Shown here: in pieces, positions 51,823 through 64,000 of the stretch
Position numbering within the stretch: position 1 is the first letter of the stretch
Layout of the letters: each line of letters begins with the position of its first letter
Source of the DNA: Octopus sinensis
Lineage: Eukaryota
Length of the DNA: 64,000 nt
Direction: 5' to 3'
Assembly (NCBI RefSeq): GCF_006345805.1
Contig: NC_042998.1
Location: forward strand, 160,828,001-160,892,000
Notes under the pieces: model-generated
Databases searched by the model: none
What the model was told of the DNA's origin: nothing
What the model saw: only the letters and a program-made list of their open reading frames with translations
Position numbers and translations under genes: made by a program

Positions 51823-52439
51823 TGTGTCTATAGAAAAGTGGCAAGCTAGAAGAATCATTAGAGAGTTGACAAAAATGCTCTACAGTGTTTTTTCTGATTC
51901 TTTGTGTTCTGCATTCAAAATTCTGCCAAGATCAACTTTGCCTTTTATCCTTCTGAGATCAATAGAATTAAGTACAAATCAGTATTGGAGGTCTTTGGTA
52001 TTGACTCCCTTTCTCTCATCAAAATTACAAATTCTTGACCTTGTGCCTGAGTCTGAAACAATTATGTTAGGTCTGTATCAAATTTTACACAATCTTTGCA
52101 TTATTAAACCATCCAAAATAAAAGGTGAATCTTGTAATAGGGAAAACTTTATTTGACTAGAGGTTTGGACTCTTTCACAGTCACTGATAGGGGATTCCAT
52201 ATTATATTTCCAACTTACTTTGGTGTCTCTGGTTAGGCTAAATTTTAATGTAGAGTTGACTAAAGAACCCCTCCTCAGGCAAGTGTTTTGGCATTTAGCT
52301 TCTTACACTCCAAGTTGGCTCTCCCCTTCACATTTGGAGTTGGTCCAAACTGCCACTAAGCAATTGTTCTAACTTTTTGGGAAGTGGAGATAATTTTGAT
52401 AAATCAGAAATTTATGCTGTATGATATTTAATGTGTCCA

Positions 52440-52985
52440 TGTTTGTCTTTGTTGTTCAACTACATCCAACAATGGAGTACTGCTCCCATGTCTATGATGG
52501 TACTGTTACTATGTACACAAACATCTTTGACCTCATCAAGGGAAAGGCCACTCAACAAATTTGTATTCTATCACTCACAAACATGCTTCAGCCCCTGGTC
52601 CACAGGCATGTCCAGTGCTGGCGACATGAACATAGGCAGCTATCCAGGGGCCTCACTGCCCTAGGGGGTTTCAAAGACCTAAGGTCCCAGTTTTGATCAA
52701 TGTATGTTGTAGATAGCTTTCAATACATATTATTGGGCCCAGTGCACTGATTTGCTGCTAAGATGGCTGAGGGCATGTCATTGCCACTTCCTATCTTTTC
52801 AGCAGTTACTATAATGGTCTTAGTTCCTCAGATTTTACTAGCCTTGTGCCTTTTGACTGAATCCCCTTTCCTACACCTTTGCTCCTGCATTAACCTGTAT
52901 GCTGAGTTCTTTCTCTACAAAACATCGGCCTTCCAGAATCTTCTCCCTACTCATGTCTTTCTTTCAGGTGTTGGCTTGCCAGTTT
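52440..52985 (+). mobile_element. L2/CR1-group LINE 3' fragment with internal insertion (~52612-52770)
   Basis: HPTMEYCSHVYDG...KGKA...SLTNMLQPLVHRH, then ..YYNG..SS...SFF..TSAFQNLLPTHVF. Confidence 0.65.
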
Positions 52986-52989
52986 AGAA

Positions 52990-53636
52990 CACTAGTTCTC
53001 AACCAGGGTCCACATGACCCTTGGGAGTCCACATAAGATTTTGCTGTTAAAATTATTTATACTCCTATAGTACACAAAATATTTTAATGATTTTTTAAAA
53101 TGCAATTCCTAATAATATTTTATAATGATAGGCGTGGGAGTGACTGTGTGGTAAGTAGCTTGCTTATGAACCACATGGTTCTGGGTTCAATCCCACTGCG
53201 TGGCACCATGGGCAAGTGTCTTCTACTATAGCCGCGGGCCGACCAAAGCCCTGTGAGTGGATTTGGTAGACGGAAAATGAAAGAAGCCCATTGTATATAT
53301 GTATATATATGTATGTATGTGTATGTGTATATGTTTGTGTGTCTGTGTTTGTCCCCCCCCCCTCCAACATCGCTTGACAACCAATGCTGGTGTGTTTATG
53401 TCCCCTTAACTTAGCGGTTCGGTAAAAGAGACCAATAGATTAAGTACTAGGATTACAAAGAATAAGTCCTGGGGTCAATTTGCTTAACTAAAGGTGGTGC
53501 TCCAGCATGGCCACAGTCAAATGACTGAAACAAGTAAAAGAGGATATTTTTTCAAACATTGAATGTTTATTAGGATCCGGTAGAGTAAAATCGGAACCAA
53601 AAAGGTTCTTAGGCAAAAAATGGTTGAGAACCACTG
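52990..53636. mobile_element. hAT MITE (same family as 2690-2939, opposite orientation) with a nested SINE A
   Basis: Ends cactagttctcaacc / ggttgagaaccactg; internal sequence is the reverse complement of the 2690 element. Confidence 0.7.
53131..53542 (+). mobile_element. tRNA-derived SINE family A, full length
   Basis: ggcgtgggagtgactgtgtggtaagtagcttgc...ctgggttcaatcccac (B box)...aaatgactgaaacaagtaaaag. Confidence 0.85.
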
Positions 53637-53939
53637 ATTTAAACAGAACATTAATAGCATCAAACTCACTGGTTTTGGAAGGCCTGCAAACATCATGGGC
53701 GATGAAACCCAGACCATTGAATTATTTTGCTATCACTATTACTATTTCAGATACAATAATTGGTATTGCGTTATAATCTTATCCTGCACAGAATCTATAC
53801 ATCCAGTTTCTCTCTCACAAAATAGGCTCCTTTTTCAGTCCCCTGATAACATGAAAACAACTTATAGATTTTAACACAAATCTCAGAATTAACAGTGCCA
53901 TCCAATCAACGCAGTGATTTAAATATTAGCAAGTATGTG

Positions 53940-53986
53940 AGTGTGTATGTGCGTATATAAATGTGTGTGAGTGTGTGTGTGTGTGT

Positions 53987-54020
<34 letters not shown>

Positions 54021-54223
54021 CATGCATGTAATTATTAGCAGTAATATACTATGCTTGATATACTCAGCTCTGTCTCTTCTCTTGAACAATATCTTCTTTT
54101 ATGTCTAAGAAATAATGAAATAATTATTATTATTAATGTTATCCAAAGACATTTAAGTACATGCCTCTCAGTAAAATGCACTGATGCTTCTATTGGCACA
54201 CACAATATATATATATATATATA

Positions 54224-54269
<46 letters not shown>

Positions 54270-54314
54270 TGTGTGTGTGTGGTGTGTGTGTGTGTGTGTA
54301 TGTATGTATGTGTG

Positions 54315-54368
<54 letters not shown>

Positions 54369-54396
54369 ATATATAATATATATATATGTTTATATA

Positions 54397-54441
<45 letters not shown>

Positions 54442-54640
54442 GTATGTATATATTTGAAAAACATACATACACGTACATACATGTATATGTGTACATACAC
54501 ATATATATATCTGTAAATGTACATATGCACACACATATGAATATACACATGTGTGTGCATATATATATATATACAGAGAGAGAGAGTGAGAGAGTATCAG
54601 AGATAGGGGTATATGTACATTTATGTATGTATGTATTTGT
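53940..54640. repeat. Compound (TG)n/(TA)n microsatellite block
   Basis: Direct reading; similar blocks at 27560-27890, 33060-33310, 55340-55800. Confidence 0.9.
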
Positions 54641-55736
54641 ATATGAAGAGACAGCAATATAGTGTATGAACTGGTGTCTGGTATTTATGCAAACAATTTT
54701 TATGTTATCTTCATGGAATGATTGTTGAACCTTAGAACTTAATGATTATGACAATTTGTGAAATTGCCTATGACTGACACTTGATCAAAGACATTTAATT
54801 ATGGGGCCCCCATATTTATTGACTTTGTTTCTCGATTTTTATCTTGTTTCTTTGATTACTAGTTTGTTGGCTCTGTTGGTTGGTTAGCTGTTTAGTAGGC
54901 TGAGTATTTTAATTGATTGCTTGAATTACCCAATGGCTGCCTTGTTAGGTTCACTGCACAGATCACTGGTTAGATTATTAGCCTTGTTTTCAGTGTTTAT
55001 TTTTTAAAAATATTTATTTTATTTCATTTAATTTTTTTTTGCTTGTTTTTACAACTACCTGGTGGTTTCTTAACTATGATTTTAATTTAGATTATAAATC
55101 AGATGAGTAAAATATGTAGATTCTTTAAAGTATTAGCTTTGTATAAGTTGAGACAGCTTACAAGAAGTTACATCAGTTTGTTTTGAAATGATCAGACACA
55201 CATACGGTCACAGCAATATTTCTTTATATTAGGGAAAAATGTTAAAACATCATTTATAGGGGAATTTTAATTACGCATTAAAGGGGGCACAATATTTACA
55301 CCTGTCATTTTTCTAATTATATTTATAATTAGCTACATACATCATACATACATATCTACATACATACATACATACATACATACATACATACATACACACA
55401 CATACATACATACAAACACACACATACACTTACATATATATGTACATATGTGCATGTATATTATACTTGTAATGTATAATATGCGAGATATCAGTATATT
55501 TATATATACTGAGAGAGAGAGAGAGTGAGTGAGCGAGAGAGATACACACACAGATATATATATACATGTATATGTATGCATGTATATATATATATATATA
55601 TATACACACACAATCATGCACACTTAAAAATATGTATGTATAAGTATATATATTTGTTTATATATAAATATATGTGTATGTGTGTATGTGTGTAAGTTAT
55701 ATATGTATATATATATGCACACATATATGTATATAT

Positions 55737-55796
<60 letters not shown>

Positions 55797-56845
55797 AAGC
55801 CAGCATGCTTCTCTGGATGTGCAATGTCAGTGTACATGTCCGACAGGGTGCAAATGTTTCAAGAGGAAAATTTGATATAAGAAACCTGAGATGTAGTGTG
55901 CAAGAGAAAAAAACTGTGTTAGTATGGTCATGTAATGCATATGGCTGAGGACCACTGCATAAAGAAGTGCCAATATCTGTGGAGAGAATCTGTAGAAAAA
56001 GTAAACCCATGAAGATACGAAATAAAGTAGTGAGAAATGATCTTCAGATGTTGACCACCACAGAGGAGATTACAAGGGACCAAGACTTCAGGCAATTTGC
56101 TGTGCTTGAGAAGACATGTCAAGCTAAATAAAATCATGGCCATCCATACATACAAGCGTGTCCTTTATAGCTATGCTCCCCACAACAATCTGTCCTTTGG
56201 CAAAACTTCCTACAACCCATCTTCCCATGAGACCCCAATTCTAGCCACTCCAATTTCTCTCACCATTGCATGTTACAGTCACCTCTTCCCCATCTCTAAA
56301 TATCTCTCCTCACACTCTTATGGAACATCCCTCTCTATCCCCTCTGTACTCCTTTTACTTCTCCACTGTACCCTGTGGGTAGGTCTTAATGCATCTGCAA
56401 CACCATTTATTTCTCTCTCTCTCTCCACATCTGACTGTCTCCCTATTTTTCTTTCTAACTCTATCTCTCCTTCTTCACCTTCTATTCTTACTGAGGTAGC
56501 CAAGTATCTTCTCTATAGTAAGATTCCTATTGCTATCCCTCTGTTATACTCTAACCTCTCACCTGTTACAAAGCCACTATCCTTGATTGCACTTGCTCTT
56601 CTAGCTGAAAAGTCTTCATCTCACAAGTTACTTGGTGACCCCACTGGTGTTGGTTCCACATAAAAAATCATCAGTGCTTGTGCCACGTAAAAAGCACTGA
56701 GCAGAAAAGTGTTTGGCACTGGGAAGAAAATATGTCAAAGCAGATAGTGGAGCTTGGTGCAGCTCTCTGTCTTGCCGGTTCCTGTCAAACCATTGGACCC
56801 CTGGCAGCAGAGAAGATAGATGATATACTATGATGATGATGATAA
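55797..56845 (+). mobile_element. RTE LINE 3' end: ORF C-terminus, 3' UTR and (GAT)n tail
   Basis: [16 protein letters not shown]...RCSVQE...[15 protein letters not shown]...AVLEKTCQAK*; UTR matches the RTE-tail family. Confidence 0.75.
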
Positions 56846-56848
56846 TGT

Positions 56849-56884
<36 letters not shown>

Positions 56885-57074
56885 ATGCGTGCACACACAT
56901 GCACACATGCACATACACACACATGTACATCACACACACATGCATACGCATGCATGCACACACACACACACACATGCACGCACACACACACATGCGTATA
57001 TTATTTAAAACAGCTTGATTCGGCTCCATGCGATTTAAAGTTTTGTGGGCTTCTAACACACACACACATATATA

Positions 57075-57584
57075 TCTATATATATAAAACTGTAGTTGTG
57101 TGAATGTCTGTCCCCTTCGATTTAGATTCCTAACTACTCCCACATTTTGCGGTGCAGTTTAACCAAATTCGGGTATCTTATAGTCGTGATTCATATCGAG
57201 CCCATCTAAGTATTAGCGCGCATCTACAATGAGTCTACGATTTTAAAAATAATTTAATATCATTTTTTATTCCATTTTAATGCATAATTTTTCGTGTGTC
57301 GATGGTGGCGGAGTTGGCGTCCATGGTCACACCTGCACCTGTTTGCATCTCCCCCTTCTTCCCTCCCTCGTGAAGCTGTGGGGAAGGGAGTGTAAGGAAA
57401 TCAACGTCGTAAAGCGTTGTCAAGGAGACCAGCGTTCTTTTAGAACGACTTCATGGCTTGAAGACACCAAAACAGAAATGGCTAAGAAAGCCCAAATTGA
57501 CATCTATAAGGGAAGTAACTCTCTAAAAATGCTTATATAGTTATTTCCCTTACAAACCCGAGCAACGCCGGGCGATACTGCTAG
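57075..57584 (+). mobile_element. Non-autonomous Helitron (510 bp)
   Basis: A|TCTATATATATAAAA 5' end; subterminal hairpin CCCGAGCAACGCCGGG followed by CTAG|T; no TSD; CpG-rich (young). Confidence 0.88.
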
Positions 57585-57904
57585 TTATTTAATAAACACA
57601 ATATATGTTTTTTTGTGTTACTATTAATTCCAAGTAATGAGAGCATGCCAAAGAGTGTTTTTTAACACATCTGGTGTCTTAGTACTATGATCAGATACTA
57701 ACCACATGGTATAACAAACTACAACACCAGATATGTTAAAAGACACTGTCTGGCACGCTTTCAGCAATGTAACTAAATACATATATATCACATAAATACA
57801 TATATTGTATTTATCAAATAATATTTATCTCACACCAGATGGAGTACTTTTCTCATTGATCTTACCATTACAAAACCCCTGGCATGGATGGGATGATATA
57901 TATG

Positions 57905-58216
57905 TATGGTGGCACATAAAAAGCACCATCCGTTCGTGTCCATTGCCAGCCTCGCCTGGCCCCCGTGCCAGTGGCACGTAAAAGCACCATCCGTTTGTGG
58001 CCGTTTGCCAGCTCTGTCTGGCACCTGTGCGGGTGGCATGTAAAAAGCACCCACTACACTCACGGAGTAGTTGGCGTTAGGAAGGGCATCCAGCTGTAGA
58101 AACACTGCCAGATCTTACTGGGCCTGATGAAGCCTTCCGGCTTCACAGATCCCAGTTGAACCGTCCAACCCATGCTAGCATGGAAAACGGACGCTAAATG
58201 ATGATGATGATGATGA
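57905..58216 (+). mobile_element. RTE 3' UTR fragment with (GAT)n tail, relatively young
   Basis: Repeated gtggcacgtaaaagcacc units...cccatgctagcatggaaaacggacgctaaatgatgatg. Confidence 0.8.
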
Positions 58217-59204
58217 TATATAAAGCTATATTATTACCGTTATATACAGTAATAATAAGGTGGCTAGCAAGTTTAGACCTTTACAGGCACAATAGTAAAT
58301 AGTAATTTAAGAAAAGAAGAGTATAAATACCAGGCTTAAAAAAAGTTCTGTGGTTGATTCATTTGATTAAAAATTTCTCCAATGCGGTGCCCCAGCATGA
58401 CCGCAGTCAAATGACTGAAACAAGTAAAAAAATAAAAGAGATAAAAGATATATATGATGTATCACAATGCTGCTTCTCTGAGTTTCACATTGCCATTATC
58501 TCAGATTTTAATAAATTTATAGAATCTTTTAGATGTATTAAGTATTTCTCATCCTTCTGGTTGTAAGCAATAATGCATTGTTATGCATATATATGTATAC
58601 ATACATGAATACACACACACACACACACATGTTTGTGTGTGTGTGTGTGTTTTTGCAAACGCACATATATGGAGGCATTCATTAAACTGAGAAGATCATA
58701 GATTCTGCACATGGCTTTGCTATTGTTGTCTGAACACTATCTGCTGTGATTGTAGCAACCCATCTCTAAGAGACAATCTGACTGCAATGGTTGCATTTGA
58801 AGTCAGTGTCTGCAAGTCTTGTCCTGGTGCTGTATTTGTGTCGATTTTACTTTTCTTCATCAGCAAACATCAGCTTCTCTTCATTTTTAAAATCTTGCCT
58901 AGTTCTAGTCTCCAGCTGGAGCAATCACCAGCAGTATCACCTCACCTTTCATTGTTCATATAGAGAAGTGTCTTGCGGACACCTTTGACACAAAGGTGGA
59001 CTAGTTGTAGTGGCGGGTGTTCTCTTGCCAGTAGCAAGTATTTTAGGATTCTGCCATCTGAAATTTAATGTTTGTTGTCTACTCAGTAGAAGCAACACCA
59101 GACACAAGTTAGAGTAAAATGATATGATTGTCTCATTTTTTGATTACTTGGCCAATCCACTTTATGACCAGGTTCCACTTAAGGCTGTATAGGAAATGTT
59201 TCAT

Positions 59205-59400
59205 TAGATCGTTAGCCACTACACACATTTTTTTCTCTCCTTATTTCTCTCCTTGTTTTTTCTGTGTCCCTTTCTGTAGAAGAGCATAGGCTCGAAAAGT
59301 AAAAGACTTTTTCTATTCCTGAGTATTATACTAATACATCTGTTTGTTTTGTACACCACCTGTCTTCGTCTTTTGTTTTTTCGTAAACTCTCCCTATATA
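59205..59400 (+). mobile_element. Family H2 repeat with variant hammerhead motif (59270-59305)
   Basis: CUUU CUGUAGA A [GAGC AUAG GCUC] GAAA AG UA^AAAG. Confidence 0.7.
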
Positions 59401-59646
59401 TATATATTTAAGATTCATGGTCATACGCATCAGAGGAGAGCAGTTTATTTGAAATTGATGTAATGTTTGCATTGATCGATTAAATAGAGCTACATGAAAC
59501 AGCCACAATGCATTGATACCTGGACATACCTGTTATTTATTTGTTTTATGAGGTGTGTCATTTGTTTGTATAAAATATTTAAATTGAATTGAATTTATAG
59601 TTGTTCAATTTGTTGTTTTGTTTTTCCATTTCTGATTTATATTTAT

Positions 59647-59677
<31 letters not shown>

Positions 59678-59683
59678 TACATA

Positions 59684-59874
59684 TATATTTACATGCAGTT
59701 GAATATGTCTGGTCACAGAGTGACCAATGGTTTCGCGTCCATAAAGCCCTTAGGCCTATAGATGACTTGTTAGATTCTAATGGTGGATGAGTAATCTATA
59801 AAACTAAGGGCTTTATGGATGCAAAATCATTGGTCACTCTATGATCGGACATATACTTAACTGCATATAAATAC
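59684..59874. repeat. ~190-nt foldback palindrome (MITE-like) in TA/CA microsatellite
   Basis: atgcagttgaatatgtctggtcacagagtgaccaatggtttcgcgtccataaagcccttag / ctaagggctttatggatgcaaaatcattggtcactctatgatcggacatatacttaactgcat; inner tatagat/atctata also pair. Confidence 0.88.
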
Positions 59875-59957
59875 ATTACTGCCCTATCCTTTAGAGTGTG
59901 TTTCTTTTTTCTTTTTCAGATATATGATCTGCTAATGATATACATGTATATCATTAA

Positions 59958-60132
59958 GCACAGGAGTGGCTGTGTGGTAAGTAGCTTGCTTACCAACCAA
60001 ATGGTTCCAGGTTCAGTTCCACTTCGTGGCACCTTGGGAAGTGTCTTCTACTATAGCCTCGGGCCGACCAAAGCCTTCTGAGTGGATTTGGTAGACGGAA
60101 ACTGAAAGAAGCCCATCGTATATATGTATATG

Positions 60133-60186
<54 letters not shown>

Positions 60187-60400
60187 TGTGTGTGTGTGTC
60201 TGTATTTGTCCCCCCAACGTCGCTTGACAACCAATGCTGGTGTGTTTACATCCCCCTAACTTAGCAGTTCAGCAAAAGAGACTGATAGAATAAGTACTAG
60301 GCTTACGAAGAATAAGTCCTGGGGTCGATTTGCTCGACTAAAGGCAGTGCTCCAGCATGGCCGCAGTCAAATGACTGAAATAAGTAAAAGAGTAAAAGAG
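59958..60400 (+). mobile_element. tRNA-derived SINE family A, full length, young
   Basis: caggagtggctgtgtggtaagtagcttgcttaccaacc...ccaggttcagttcc...(TG)n...ggggtcgatttgctcgactaaaggc...agtaaaagag. Confidence 0.9.
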
Positions 60401-60524
60401 TATGTGTATATATATATATAATTCTTTTATATGTTTCAACCCTAAAGATGTAGCCATGCTGGAGCACACAGACATATATGTGTGTGTGTGTGTGTGTGTG
60501 TATGATATATATATATATATATAT

Positions 60525-60566
<42 letters not shown>

Positions 60567-61360
60567 GGAGAAAAAGAGAGGGAGAAAGAAGGAGAGAGAG
60601 AAAGGGACATACATATATACACATGCACCAAACACTAATTTTCAATTATATGTCTACTTTAGATATTAACCCTTTATTGTTTTAATTAACAGGCATGTAT
60701 GCTTTGTCTTGCACACTAATCCATGATTGTGTGAACAGAAATACATTGTATGAAGAGATGTTGTATACAGCTTTGATGTATATTGACATTGTGTTATCTT
60801 CTATTTACACACTATCATTCTTGCATGAACACAAATGCTTAAATGATCCTCAGTTCAGTTTGAGGCAAACTGCTGTGATAATTTGTTCTTTCATACAAAT
60901 ATTAAGGATTAACTAGTCCAGTGATTAATTAGCTGAAACATTGCAGACGTTGGGAAATCATCATCATCGTCATCATCATTTAACGTCTGTCTCCCATGCT
61001 GCCATGGGTTGGATAGTTTGACAGGAGCTGGCCAGGCAGAAAATTGCTCCAGACTTCAGAGTCCGTTTTGGCATGGTTTTTTTAAAGGCTGGATGCCCTT
61101 CCTAACACCAACCACTCAGTAGAGCACAATAAATCGACCTATTGATGAGTGACACATACTTCTGAGTTTTAAAGCTGACTGTATAAATGAGTTGTGAATA
61201 TTGGGTGATGACTGAAGGATTATAATCACTAATGCAAATGGCCAAAATAGGGTTCTTACTCGATAAAGTGTATAGCACAGAGATCAGGGTGTCTCTCCAG
61301 GTCAGCCTGCATCTTCATATTGAGAGGTCACAAGTCTGGTACTACGATCATATTTTTTTT

Positions 61361-61722
61361 ATCTTTTTCTTTTAATTGTTTCAGTCCGTTGTCTGTGGCC
61401 ATGCTGGAGCACCACCTTGAAGGGTTTAAGTCAAACAAATCAACCCCAGAACTTTCCTTTAAAGCCTAGTACTTATTCTATTAGTCACTTTTGCTGAACT
61501 GTTAAATTATAGGGATGTAGACATACCAACACTGGTTGTCAAGCAGTATGGTGGGGGGGGGGCAACCACAGGCACAAAAACACACACACAGATGTACACA
61601 CACATACAACAGGCTTCTTTTAGTTTCTGTCTACCAAATTCTCTCACAAGCTTTGGTTGGCCAAGGCACTTGCCCAAGGTACCTTTCAGTAGGACTGAAC
61701 CTGCAACCACATGGTTTGGGAA
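61361..61722 (-). mobile_element. SINE family A copy
   Basis: Reverse complement of the family A consensus. Confidence 0.8.
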
Positions 61723-63380
61723 ATGGATTGATCATGCTAAGCAAAGAATGAGATGGTTAAGCCAAGAAAGAGACCAAGAATGAGATGGTTAAATAATATT
61801 CATAGTCTCAGTTGGTCATATTTGGGAATCCAGCTGGAAAGGTTAGTGACGGTTGCCTCTAAGACCCTATGGAAGAGGTTTCTCTGAGGACTCTGTCCCT
61901 ATAAGAGAAGATGCATAGATAGATGGATTCATGAATGAGTAATTTTTTTTCTACTCCAGGCACAAGGCCCAAAATTTTTAGGGAGGGAGCCAGTTGATTA
62001 GATCAACCCAAATATGCAACTGGTACTTAATTTATCAACCCAGAAAGGATGAAAGGCAAAGTTGACCTTGGCACAATTTGAATTCAGAACGTTAAGACAG
62101 ACGAAATACTGCTAAGTATTTTGCCCAGCATGCTAACATTTCTGCCAGCTCGCCACCTTACGAATGGGTAATATTGTTTGCTCATAGGAGTGTATATGTA
62201 ATGGAAACAGTACTGTCAATCATCAAATATTTTACTCAAAAGAATTAAAAGTAATGTGTACTGTTGTAGCATTGAGTTCAAAATCAAGAAGAGTAACTTG
62301 TCTGGTCTTCCACTACCTCAGCTCAGCTGTCTCCCATGTCTTGTACAATATAAATAGTTAACTCTTTTGCTACCACATTTCTGTTGGAATACACTGCCTT
62401 TGTTTCAATTAATTTTTAAAATCATATTTTTAAAATAATGAAGAATAGAGTAAAATAACTTTGTTATTATCAATCTGGATTTGAAACATAAATTACTATG
62501 AAATAGTGGTTTAAAATTTTGGCATTAGGCCAGCAATTTCAGGGGAGGTGGTAAGTTCTCAACTGGTATTTATTTTATCAACTCCAAAAGGATGAAAGGC
62601 AAAGTCGACCATATCAGAATTTGAACTCAGAACGTGAAAACAGGTGAAATGCCACTAAGCATTTTAAACATTAGTGTTCTAATGATTCTGTTGGCTCACC
62701 ATCTGAAATTGCTTTGAAATATTGATGGAGAGTTTTTATTTAGATCACTTAAAAGTAAAAAATTTCTATGATAGAACCAGGGCTGACCAAAGTGGGTTTG
62801 TACCAAAAGCATTTGACCTTAATTGAACTGTCAACATTATGTAGTATATATTCAGCTTAGTTGTTGCTGACAACAAACTGAAAATATATTTTTTTGACTC
62901 CACTCCCTCTAAATAAATGTTGTCATGCCACTCCTCTACAGCAGTGCTCTACAACCTTTTTTCACTTGTGGTACACTTATTTTCTTTTCTAAATTCAGTG
63001 GCACACCTGAACTAAAAATATAAGTATAGGGAAAAAAATCACATTCATGTTACACCATGTCACACCAGTGTACTCTACAGCAAGAAACCTGTTCTGCACT
63101 GGCCATTTTTCCATTACTTTATTACTTTCTACTCGATAGTAGTCTCTAAGCATAAAGTTCCCCTTCACCATCAGTCTTCAGAGTTTATAGTTTTGTGAGC
63201 TGTATGATAACCTCACTAATGCTGCTGGCATGAAAAAAAGCATCCAGTACACATTGCAAAGTGGTTGGCATTAGGAATGGCATCTAGTCATAGAAACCAT
63301 GCAGTGCTTGGCTCTGTTGAATCCTGTCAAACCATCAAACTCAAGTTAACACGTAACATGGACATTTAATATTAAAATCT

Positions 63381-63774
63381 ATCTTTTATCTTTTACTTAT
63401 TTCTATCATTAGACTGTAGCCATGCTGGGGCACTGCCTTGAAGAAGTTTTAATCAAATGAATCGACTACAGTATTTATTTTTGTTTTTTAAACCTGGCAC
63501 TTAGTCAATTGGTTTCTTTTGCTGAACTGTTAAGTTATGGGGATGTATACACACCAGCACTGATTGTCAAGCTGTGAAGTGGGGGGAACAAACACAAAGA
63601 CACACACACATATATGACATGCTTCTTTCAGTTTCCATTTACCAAATCCTCTTACAAGGCTTTGGTCAGCCTGTGGCTATAGTAGAAGACACATGCCTAA
63701 AGTGCCATGCAGTGGGACTGAACCTGGAACCATGTGGTTGGGAAGCAAGCTTCTTACTACACAGCCACTCCTGC
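63381..63774 (-). mobile_element. SINE family A copy, full length
   Basis: Ends cttactacacagccactcctgc (reverse complement of the head). Confidence 0.85.
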
Positions 63775-64000
63775 TGGTATTCAATTAAATTCAGTGATAT
63801 TTCTTATTGAGCTATATCTAATAATTTTTGTTTAAGGTTATTTACTTTTATATGGCCTATTCATATAAGATCTATTAATTATAATTTCTTAGCATTTTGA
63901 ACATAGACAAACTTCAGTCACTCTTGCACCTTTCTCTTTAAATCCCAAATTTTCAACCTTTTATTTACCTACAGAGAAATAAAAGCATTTATTGTCCTGG

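Noticed and set aside
58125-58160. CTGATGA AGCC TTCC GGCT as a hammerhead
   Set aside because: Stem II is present but followed by TCAC, not GAAA. It lies within the RTE 3' UTR, whose other copies lack the core.

Overview
AT-rich, microsatellite-dense eukaryotic DNA that looks intronic or intergenic. The SINE/LINE families and repeat landscape resemble an Octopus (coleoid cephalopod) genome, but this is an inference. I found no recognisable host gene and no intact ORF; nearly all ORFs in the supplied track are microsatellite or repeat translations. The window is mostly mobile-element debris: a 3.1-kb 5'-truncated L1/Tx1-clade LINE (22012-25090), a decayed full-length mariner with TIRs and TA flanks (43579-44820), a young non-autonomous Helitron (57075-57584), R4/Dong-type RLE fragments in (AAT)n, RTE and L2/CR1-type 3' ends, hAT MITEs, Penelope-like element (PLE) RT/GIY-YIG fragments, and dozens of tRNA-derived SINE copies. 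The most striking signal is a set of minimal type-I hammerhead ribozyme (HHR) motifs, read by eye, in at least three distinct short repeat families. One is a head-to-head palindromic tRNA-headed SINE with an HHR in its tail. One is a family with a shared non-canonical CUGUNGA-A core. One is a canonical-core copy paired with an inverted decayed copy. There are also many long foldback/inverted structures. A few weak splice-bounded open segments on the minus strand may be exons but are unverified. Repeat boundaries are approximate (about +/-10 nt) unless TIRs or other defined termini are quoted.
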